Shown: one piece after another, positions 54,592-64,000 of the stretch
How the letters are laid out: each line of letters opens with the position of its first letter
Position numbering within the stretch: position 1 is the stretch's first letter
NCBI RefSeq assembly: GCF_001949145.1
Contig: NW_019091360.1
Location: forward strand, 1,086,529-1,150,528
Source of the DNA: Acanthaster planci
Taxonomy: Eukaryota
Reading direction: 5' to 3'
DNA length: 64,000 bases
Made by a program: the position numbers and the translations under genes
The notes under the pieces: model-generated
The model's input: only the letters and a program-made list of their open reading frames with translations
What the model was told of the DNA's origin: nothing
Database searches by the model: none

Positions 54592-55358
54592 GTCAGGGGT
54601 CAACAGAGGTCATGGCTACATATACAATTTAGAGTGGGACTTAGTTACTGCCCAGTGGAAATGAGATGCTTTGTAAATTTATACACTAAGCAAGAATAGG
54701 CTGGGAACCAGCCATAAAGTATTATACAAGCCATGACAGTTTGAATGGTAACCTTTTTCGCTGGAAACATTTCTTCTCCTTTGTGCAACTTGAAGCTAAC
54801 CAATTCCATACAATTAGCTTTTCAGAACAAATTTGAGCTCAAACTGTTGTGCGACTGCTGGTCAATTGTGTCTCACCAAGTGCATGTGCAATTCCGTAAT
54901 ACTTAATCAACCCTAGTCAAACTATTCAGCACCCAGTCGCAATTGCATATCTTGTTGCTTTAGGGCTTCTTATTATATTCATTTCAGTGGTTCCCTCTGC
55001 TTAATTTCAAAGAAGGCTGTTGATAACCAGCAACTCTTACCATACCCCAGGGCCTGCTTCCAAGTGGTCAACTAGATAGTCTGACCATCCATCACTTGAC
55101 TATCACAGTCACTGTTAGAACTTGCCAAAGTTGTGACTCTCTGCTCAGTACTTTCTCTTCCAGTACACTAGCTATTTTGTGTATTATACACAAGTATTTG
55201 CTGTTACGGTTGATTAATGCCTCATTGTATTACATTTTATAGTTGCTCGGTGCTCTGTGTTCAGTAGTAATAAACACCATTTGAGCAAAAATGAACAAAT
55301 ATGCCCTAGTTATACAGATGGTCATCATTTACATCTGCTGCTGTGTTCTTATCTACAG

Positions 55359-55489
55359 ACCAAAAAAACTAAGAAGAAAACCTCTCCCAGCAAGAAGATG
55401 CAACCCACGCTGAATTGGAAGAATGAGGAGAACAAAGCCAAGCAAGAGAAAGTTGATAAACCGGAGAAGAAAGTGTCTAGGCAAGCTAG
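55359..55489 (+). CDS. ODAD2: ODAD2 coding exon 6 (basic linker)
   Basis: TKKTKKKTSPSKKMQPTLNWKN...; ctacag / gtgagt. Confidence 0.87.
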
Positions 55490-55851
55490 GTGAGTCTAGA
55501 GATCAGTGCACTCTAACCCCTATTGAGTATGTCTTGAGAGCTCATGAGGGAACGTGAGGTTGGGTGGTTGGAATCCAGCAGCTGGTTACATGTTGGTTCC
55601 ATTGCAGTAATAGCTTCTAATTTTAGTGGTTGGATTCTCTCTAATGCTTACAATATTGTAGCAGTGAAGAACAAAACCAATCAGTAAATTTCATATCCCA
55701 GATGCAAAGTTACTGTATTTCATTGCTTGCAGTGAGTCAGAAAGATTGTTTCCCCTGTTCTCGTGAGACACTAAGTCCTCATTGGTAGCTGCATGCATGC
55801 TTTAGTGGCTTGCACAGTCACTTATTGTGTCATACCCTATGATTATTGCAG

Positions 55852-56008
55852 TGACCGTAAGACCAAGACCCCAGCTCTGGAGGAGGAGTATTCAGAGAGT
55901 TCCTCAGAGAGTGAAGAGGAAGAAGAATCTACAGACCGACGCCAGGAGCAGAACTCAGATCTACCCTCAGAGTACTGGCAGATCCAGAAACTGGTCAAAT
56001 ACCTCAAG
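55852..56008 (+). CDS. ODAD2: ODAD2 coding exon 7
   Basis: Acidic [16 protein letters not shown], then [17 protein letters not shown]. Confidence 0.94.
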
Positions 56009-56672
56009 GTGAGTTTTATGGAAGGCAGACTAAGGGATGTGTTGAGCACAGAAGTCAGTCTCTGCAAGTTCCTTTTGAATGGGAATGTTTTCATGATTAT
56101 AACCCCCCCCCAAGTTTACATTTGCAGGTATTTGTCCTTATTTGTTTGCATTTGGGTGAAGGAATGTCAGTCAAGCACAACAGGAATCATGAAAACGTTC
56201 TAGAGGCAAAAGCCCAAACATGTTGCTGGATATGGTTGACTGATCATGCAGATGGCCTCCGGATATAACATGCCTGTAAAGTTAAAAGAGCCATTTTTGT
56301 AGAATCAGGGGTCAACAGAATCCACTTCCAAGGTCTGGGCTGTCCCATGAGTGATCTTTTTAGAATGTAGCATGCAAGTATTGACACTCATTACGAGTAC
56401 ATTTGGAAAGTTTGAATTTAATCTGAGAGTGCTTTGTTGTTAAAATCATTCACATTTTCATTCACATGTTGGCCTAGATGTACTGAGCAGATGTCTATTT
56501 GTGAAGTGAACATTTTTGGCCCACCTGTGTGAAAATGACTCCCAAAGGCTCAGCATGAAGGAAGTATGCATTGTGACAATAGAGGAAAGTGTGTGTGTGG
56601 GGGGAGATTGGCCACTCCAATTCTTTTAAGGTTCAATTGTTATTGTGAGAGTCCTTTTTTTTTACCCCTCAG

Positions 56673-56819
56673 GGAGGTAACCAGACAGCCACCGTGATTG
56701 CATTGTGTGCCATGAGAGACTTCAATCTGTCTCAAGAGACTTGTCAATTAGCTATCCGAGATGTCGGTGGACTGGATGTTCTTATCAACTTGCTAGAGAC
56801 CAACGCCATCAAGTGCAAG
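56673..56819 (+). CDS. ODAD2: ODAD2 coding exon 8
   Basis: [49 protein letters not shown]. Confidence 0.95.
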
Positions 56820-57586
56820 GTGAGCACCCATTCCTTGGGTTGTGTGGAGTTCATTTACACCAGTGAGTGTTAACAGAATACGTTGGAGAAAACTGGTGTA
56901 CGGTGCAATATTTTACATTTACATACAATGCAGTAACCACTTGATATGCCAGTAAATGACTCTCCATCATAAAGATAGCACTCCATAGGAAGAACAGCCT
57001 GTGATGTCATACATAAAAATCCACTGATTGGCCAGGGCAAGCCGTCTCTGTGCAATATCTTTGAAAAAATTATGCAGGTTTCGAAACACAGCAGTTCACT
57101 GTCATATCGTGCAGTCTGTCCACGCAGGGTAACAGTCCCATAGGAAACATACTCCACATATGTTATCATGCAGAATAGCCTTTACTGCATGTTTTGGAAA
57201 TGAGTCCTCAATAAACAAGGAAGTTCTTAACTGCACAAATTGTGTTGTAGTACTTTCTTCACGTGACTTTGAGTTATACATAATTTAGTTTTCTGTTGAA
57301 ATGTTTGAAGTCCATGACGTCATTGTGTGGGTGTAACATGGCTTTCACATGATGCCTCTGGCATTTTGAGTTTGAACAAGACCTCTCTTTGTGTCACCCA
57401 TTGGAGAGATCGCTGTCCTCAAAATTTTGTCTGCTTTTTTTGGTGGTGATTTTAGTACTGTAAGGAGACCCTTCTGTTGAATTTTTAATATATAGCCCCC
57501 AGAAATAAGATGAGGTCAGATTCATAGAAAAGGAATATTTACATGAAAAAATGTTACTGGTGTAAATTCTTGATTTCCAAAACCAG

Positions 57587-57796
57587 ATTGGCTCGCTGAA
57601 GATCCTAAAGGAGATATCCCGCAATACCCAGATCCGCAAGGCCATTGCAGACCTGGGTGGCCTACAGACCATGGTGGACATCCTGGAGGCCTCCGACAAG
57701 GATCTTAAGTGTCTGTCGGCAGAGACCATTGCCAATGTGGCCAAGTTCAGAAGGGCTCGCCGCACGGTCAGGCAGCATGGAGGCATCCGTAAACTT
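57587..57796 (+). CDS. ODAD2: ODAD2 coding exon 9
   Basis: [30 protein letters not shown]...[13 protein letters not shown]. Confidence 0.95.
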
Positions 57797-58209
57797 GTGA
57801 GTTGAGGAAGTTTGTTTGTAATTAGAAAGTTTTGCTTTTGTCATCATGGAAGTGCCTAATAGCCTTCATTTGGTCATGCCCTGGATGTCAGTCATGGTTG
57901 TTGTTTTGCATTGCAAAAAACCTTTTTCTTCAAACCGAATCGTTTTGTTGAAAAACACAACTGCATTGGTTTAATATAATATATATTGATCTTTGCAAAG
58001 ACTTTCTTTGACAAAAACGGGAAACTACATTTTAGAAATGCGTGTGTATTTACAACAAGCAATAAAGAGCAATAAATATGAAAATATTTCAAGTGCAAGA
58101 AAATGTGTTTAGTAATTTAATACTCTTTTTGGTAGAGCCATGCAAAGTTTGCTTTTCTTTAGTTTTCTCCTGTCTTCCAAGCAGAGCTAATTTCTCTGAT
58201 CTCATCCAG

Positions 58210-58446
58210 GTGGCCTTGTTGGACTGCGCCCCCATCGGCTCCGTCCCCGTCACCCCAGAGTCTGAGAAGGATGTGGAGGTAGCCAAGTGTGGTGCCCTGG
58301 CACTGTGGAGTTGCAGCAAGAGCACCAAGAATAAACAGGCCATCCGCAAGGCCGGAGGCATCCCGCTGCTGGCCCGCCTCCTCAAGTCACGCCACGAGGA
58401 CATGCTCATCCCGGTCGTCGGCACACTGCAGGAGTGCTCCTCAGAG
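58210..58446 (+). CDS. ODAD2: ODAD2 coding exon 10
   Basis: VALLDC...[12 protein letters not shown]...[11 protein letters not shown]. Confidence 0.95.
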
Positions 58447-58493
58447 GTAAGGGTCATCAAGTTGCCTCTGATTTTAAAAGAATGTGTTGACCT

Positions 58494-58655
58494 GGGAAGC
58501 CAGCTTAGGCCAGTGGTACTTTCCTTGCCTTTATTTCTGCAGCCCAGGTTTGAATCCTGCCAAGGTCAGTAGATTGACAGGTGGGTTGGGTTTTCAGCCC
58601 CTAGCTGACTGCAGATTTTGCCCAAAATGTTATGGGGTTTCATTGGTCACACCAT
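58494..58655 (+). mobile_element. tRNA-derived SINE family A copy (diverged)
   Basis: ctgcagcccaggtttgaatcc box B and gggttgggttttcagccccta core. Confidence 0.6.
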
Positions 58656-58957
58656 CAGTAAAGGATGTCAGACAAAATGTTTAAGTACTGTAGCAATCAT
58701 GACACAAAAATATGACCTGTAATTTCTGACGTGGTTTGGGAAAACTTACTTGTGACTTGATTTGACTCCGGAAAATTGACTTGAGACATGATTTGACTTA
58801 CAAAAAAATAAATGATTATTTGACATAGAAAACTGACTTGATTACAAACAAAAATGAATCTGCACTAAAAGTTTACTGAAGTATACAGGACCAATGTTGA
58901 AGCAACCATGATGAAGAATCAGCCAGAGATTTATCCTGATTTTGTCTTCCCTCACAG

Positions 58958-59284
58958 CATAGCTACCGTTTGGCCATTCGCACCGAGGGCATGATAGAGG
59001 ACCTGGTGAAGAACCTACACAGCGAGAACCAGGAGCTGCAGATGCACTGCGCCAGCGCCATCTTCAAGTGCGCCGAGGAGAAGGAGACCCGGGACCTGGT
59101 TCGACTGTACGGAGGCCTGGACCCGCTGGTGACCCTGCTCAACAACTCGGACAACAAGGAGCTGCTGGCCGCCGCCACGGGGGCCATCTGGAAGTGTGCT
59201 ATGAGCCCCGAGAATGTATCACGCTTCCAGGAACTCAAGGCCATTGAGCTGCTGGTGGGCTTACTCAATGAACAGCCTGAGGAG
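58958..59284 (+). CDS. ODAD2: ODAD2 coding exon 11
   Basis: [20 protein letters not shown]...LLNEQPEE. Confidence 0.95.
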
Positions 59285-59382
59285 GTGGGTTGGAAATCAT
59301 TACGGGTTTGTTGAGCAATCTGTATAGGCAAACTGACAAGGTGCTTACATTGAAAGTATGAACATGAATTACAGAAATTGAC

Positions 59383-59520
59383 TGGAGGGGATTTGAACCT
59401 GTAACCTCTATCTTATTATATTATACTGGGGCTCTACCAACCCATACTCTACAAACTAAACATTCAACCCCGTGTTGGTGGTTCTTTCCCATGTTGCAGT
59501 ATCTTGCCAGTTGGGGGGAC
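59383..59520 (-). mobile_element. Decayed tRNA-headed SINE fragment
   Basis: gggatttgaacc and gctctaccaac are reverse-complement box B and box A remnants. Confidence 0.4.
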
Positions 59521-60355
59521 AGTCGTCAAAAAGTTAACCTGTAAACATGATAAGCAAAATTAGCAGTGTTGCAAATGTTTGAAATGGTGAATGATTATCG
59601 CTCAATGAGGATGTTTCTTTTGTTAAGACAGGTCATCAAACCATGTAGAGAAAAACCAACAAGGTGCTCACCTCATAATTATAAAGATGAACAAAGAAAT
59701 TGATTGACATATCCAGTTCATCACTGCGTTTATGACTACATCATAGGTGTGCGCACTTTACTTGGGAAATTATGGTTAATTTCCCAACTTTCCGTTGGGT
59801 TCTAATAATTTTGTCACACCACTGTTGCAATGATGTGTGCATAATGAATCAGAACGGGATAAGTTTCTTATGTTCTTGTTGAAAACTTTCATGCCAACTG
59901 TGAGCAGTAGCCATGTTTTGCTGCAGCGTTCTAACAAGAAAGGAAACCAGGGGTTAATGTCATTGTTTAGAATTAGAATGGTAGAAAACGTGTACAAAAT
60001 TCATGTACATCTCACAGCCCTGATGTGCTGATGTTTGAGTGTTCGTGGTTCCAATATTTCCTCTGAAGTTGGCACACTTTGTGGTTTGTGCCGTCTGTTA
60101 TACAGTCCTTTCATGGGAAAAAGGCATAAAAATTTCTAAAACCCATGGCTCCAGAAATGAGATAATCTGTAGAAGACTTCCCGGCCAGCTTTCCTGGTGT
60201 CAAAATGGAGCTTTCTAATTTTCATTTACAGTGAAAGAGCCCTATGTGTTGTAAATGCCACTATAATAGTTTAGTTTGGTCATCATCATTTTTGTATGCT
60301 TAAATTTTTACGAAGCACCACGTGTATTCATTGGTGCCCATACTTTCAAAAACAG

Positions 60356-60540
60356 GTCTTGGTCAATGTGGTTGGAGCATTGGGAGAGTGTGCAGCGCAG
60401 GAACCCTCCAATCGCATGTCCATCCGTAAAGCAGGCGGTATCCCTCCACTGGTCAACCTACTGACGGGTACCAACCAGGCCCTCCTGGTCAATGTCACCA
60501 AGGCAGTCGGTGCCTGCGCTACGGAAGCTGACAACATGGG
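60356..60540 (+). CDS. ODAD2: ODAD2 coding exon 12
   Basis: [13 protein letters not shown]...[14 protein letters not shown]. Confidence 0.95.
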
Positions 60541-61496
60541 GTAAGTTGCTGTGAGTTGATCATTAGAGATGACAGATGCCCTTCTGTTGATGCTCGGAAT
60601 TGATTGTAGACACATAGTCTGGGATATTCCAATCAGATTAGCATCCACTGTTTTATCAGTGATTAAGCCAAGATAAGTTGAACTTGCAATAATGTCCAAG
60701 GGCTCAGAAAACCACATTTTAAAACCCATGGGTCCTATTTGACAATCTGAGACAACATAGTCTCTGGTAGCCTGGTTTCACGTTGGTAACTAAACAGTAA
60801 GTCCAACACTATGTGTGTCTGTCGTCAATTACAGTTTCTTAAGCGAATGTCAGCCATTAATTCTGATAAATTCACAATAACCCTGTAACCAATAAAACCT
60901 GAAATTATGTATTTGTCAGATACCATGGAAGACTTTAATCTTGTATAATTCTGAATTGGATTGGCCTTTATTCCTTAATGTCACCCAATCTAACAAAATG
61001 AGTCACAGGCTGCCTTTTAAACAAAGAAACTTGCACCATGGACTTCAGTAGGATCCCTTAATATTTTTCACCCACATAATGCTCATTTTTCATCAGGATG
61101 CCAGACTGAAAGATACATCTGAGCACAAAGCTCAGTTTGCTCTGTTTAATGCAAACTAAAACAAACTTAATGAAGGGGAAAAATAGCCTTGAGACTAAGG
61201 TTGTGGGTACATACAGGCCATCTTGAAAATTGAGGTTCCACAGGTGTGTCATGTTTGTGTCCCTGTGACACCTGACCTACGTAATCTGAAATAGAACATC
61301 AATCAAATCAACTTCAAACTGTTTTTATTTGTACAGCAGGTACATTGTAACTTGCATCAGTTTCCGTCTCTTGGAAATCAAAGAATGTGCTCTTACAAAA
61401 TCATGTCAGATGTAACAGGGACACGAAAAAATTGGACCCCAAAGAAAAGTAGCTTGATCTTTATACTACCGAGAGTGTGTGACATTCCTCTTGCAG

Positions 61497-61611
61497 CATC
61501 ATTGACAGACTGGACGGTGTGCGTCTTCTCTGGTCATTGCTCAAGAACCAGAACCAGCAAGTTCAGGCCAGTGCAGCCTGGGCTATCTGCCCATGCATTG
61601 AGAACGCAAAG
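61497..61611 (+). CDS. ODAD2: ODAD2 coding exon 13
   Basis: IIDRLDGVRLLWSLLKNQNQQVQASAAWAICPCIENAK. Confidence 0.95.
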
Positions 61612-61848
61612 GTAGGCCTTCACATTTCACAGTACACCGTCGCATCTGTGGACCGCTATCTACCGTTGTTGTGGTTTTTAAGACCTGCTTTTTAGATGTT
61701 AGAGTCACATACTAGCCTTCCCAAACTGTGGCAAGCTGCCAGTGCAAACAATAATTTACTAAGAATTTCCCAACCATATGTGATATACTTTCTGCAGCCT
61801 GTACAAATACTAAGTAAATACTAGTGGTTTATACCTTATTTTGCCCAG

Positions 61849-62037
61849 GATGCTGGTGAGATGGTGAGATCCTTTGTGGGTGGTCTAGAGCTCATTGTCA
61901 GCCTTCTCAAGTCGGATGACAGGGAGGTGTTGGCCAGCGTGTGTGCGGCTATCGCTAACATTGCAAAGGATGAGGAAAACCTAGCTGTCATCACTGATCA
62001 CGGTGTGGTGCCCATGTTGGCCAAGCTAGCCACCACT
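61849..62037 (+). CDS. ODAD2: ODAD2 coding exon 14
   Basis: [20 protein letters not shown]...[11 protein letters not shown]. Confidence 0.95.
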
Positions 62038-62684
62038 GTAAGTTTGGTCTGGATTCATGACTAGGGATAGGACCCATTGACATGGCCATTGGTAGCCAAT
62101 ATTGTGCGTAGTAAACCATATTGAAAGCCGTGGCTTCCTGTTACTGTTCACACTGACAGCAAGCACAACATGTTCCTGTTTGGAAAGTTAGTATCAACAT
62201 AATGCTTTGCAAATTGAGCGGGTTTCTGCCTTGTGTTCACACATATAAATTTTGCTCGGCATAATTACCTGTTATAACTGCTTTCTGTTGTAATTCATCT
62301 GTATAAAGGGACCTCACAGTCACTCTAATTTGATTGGCATTTATTGCTCATAGCCTTGAAACCTCCAATATCCTTTATTATCAAAGAATCCATTAGCTAA
62401 TTCTTTCAGCCACTGTTGTAGGCAGAAATTTTAGCACCACATACAGTAGGTAGTAGGAAAACTTCCGACAAAAACTGCAGTCAAATCCAGTGTTGGATCT
62501 GCTCAAAAATAAAAACTGTACATTTATCAAGTGGTGATCATTATGCCTTTCTACACAAAAGAAGGTTGATTACCAATTGTATGCCCATTGCACTGGTGTC
62601 CAATCTTGGGACAAGTGATCATGTTGCACTAGTGTGGTATCTTTTGATCAGGCCCTGTACCCTGTTGTTGTCATTTCTGAACAG

Positions 62685-62906
62685 ACCGACGACAAGCTGA
62701 GAAGGCACCTGGCTGATGCCATCGCACGCTGCTGCATGTGGGGCAACAACCGCGTGGCGTTTGGTCAGAACAGCGCTGTGGCACCGCTGGTGCGCTACCT
62801 GAAGTCGCCCGACATCAATGTGCACCGAGCCACAGCCACAGCCTTGTTCCAGCTCTCTAGGGATCCTAATAACTGCATCACCATGCACGAGAGTGACGTG
62901 GTCAAG
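62685..62906 (+). CDS. ODAD2: ODAD2 coding exon 15
   Basis: [17 protein letters not shown]...[12 protein letters not shown]. Confidence 0.95.
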
Positions 62907-63238
62907 GTAGGAGGCAGATGTTTTTGTGACCCAAATCAGAAATATGTTTGTGATGTCTAAGCGATAACCGGGAATGTTTAAGTTTGGCCCTAAAAAATGC
63001 AGAAGAAACGGTTTCGTTACTTGAAAGAGACAAAGTACAGAGTAGTAGATGACATTGTTGACAAAAACATTTCGGTCATCAGCCTCTACTTTTCAAACGA
63101 TCCCCAGCTATGCTAGCTCCATGTTGCTAGGTTCAACAGGACCCCTTTCATTTCACACAGTGAGCCCATGCCCTACCCACAATTAAGAAAGTTAGCTTGA
63201 AGTGACAATTATTTCTTGTCTTTTTTATCTTATCTCAG

Positions 63239-63352
63239 CTGTTGATCGACATGGTTGGCTCGGATGACTTTGCCCTACAAGAAGCGGCAGCTGGCTGTAT
63301 CGGCAATATCAGACTACTAGCATTGGCCAATGAAAAGGCTAAATATAAATAG
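63239..63352 (+). CDS. ODAD2: ODAD2 coding exon 16 (last)
   Basis: [40 protein letters not shown] 63350-63352. Confidence 0.95.
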   Translation: MLIDMVGSDDFALQEAAAGCIGNIRLLALANEKAKYK

Positions 63353-64000
63353 ACCTCGCAAGAAAGATATCTTCAGTGTACATCTTTCCATCAAGTGGAG
63401 ACGGTTCTGAGACAGGTAACTGGTATCTCTGTCACTTTGCATTTTCACTTCTGCTTGAGTTTACAATAGACTTCTGAAAAAACTGTGTTCAGAAGAAAAA
63501 TTCAAATTCATGGCTGAGCATGTAACATAAGCATGTAACAGTAGCGATGTTAGGCTATTTATATCTGTTTGCATATCATAGAGTTTGGAATCAACAAATA
63601 CAATTTTGTCAGTATCAGATCATCATGCAATGTTTAGCAGAGCCATGAACTTGATTCAAACAAGTGTGCTTGCTTAAAATAAGTCTAAGTGTTACAGCTT
63701 AGAATTGTTCAAATGAGAACAGGCAAGTGGCTCAGAGACACTGGTTTCACAGCATCATCAGCAGGATGAACTGGGGCAGAGAAACTGGTTTTTGAAAACA
63801 GTCAGTGTATATAAGTATGTACAAAATATGCAAAAACTACTTCAGGGCAACAGAAGTTACAACCAAAATGCTAATGTCTTCACTGTAAATTGGAGTATAT
63901 TTGTCAAACTTTGGAACCAGCGTGAAGTATTGTGGGAAAGATTACCTGGAAATGCACAGCATTGTAAGTAGTGGATTTGGAGCTCTTGTGAAAGTTTGTT

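Larger units (their letters stand above)
51358..63352 (+). other. ODAD2: Outer dynein arm docking complex subunit 2 (armadillo repeat-containing protein 4) gene, complete, 16 coding exons, 1046 aa
   Basis: N-terminus MGQTLARAAQWTS...[42 protein letters not shown], multiple ARM repeats ([28 protein letters not shown]), C-terminus [25 protein letters not shown]. Exon lengths sum to 3141 nt. Confidence 0.96.

Noticed and set aside
53050..62888. Minus-strand ORFs overlapping ODAD2 exons (e.g. 57394-57786, 58089-58460, 58963-59331)
   Set aside because: Antisense shadows of GC3-rich coding exons.

Overview
Eukaryotic (animal) genomic DNA, AT-rich with GT-AG introns and many TACATGTA motifs, MITE-like elements and tRNA-derived SINEs. 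It looks like a marine invertebrate; the taxon cannot be fixed from sequence alone. Three intron-containing genes were reconstructed by hand, and splice phases are consistent at every junction. (1) The last three coding exons of a UBE2E-family ubiquitin-conjugating enzyme on + (18165-22596); its 5' exons were not found, implying an intron of more than 18 kb. (2) A complete DNAJC7/TPR2 Hsp70-Hsp90 co-chaperone on - (48815-35014, 13 exons, 494 aa). (3) A complete ODAD2/ARMC4 outer dynein arm docking subunit on + (51358-63352, 16 coding exons, 1046 aa). DNAJC7 and ODAD2 are head-to-head across about 1 kb carrying a perfect heat-shock element on the DNAJC7 side and RFX X-box and forkhead-like motifs on the ODAD2 side. 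The most notable unannotated feature is a second, paralogous, in-phase terminal exon of DNAJC7 (35648-35718) with its own AATAAA signals, predicting a short isoform that keeps the DIF-type helix but lacks the G/F tail. Most ORFs in the supplied track are spurious.
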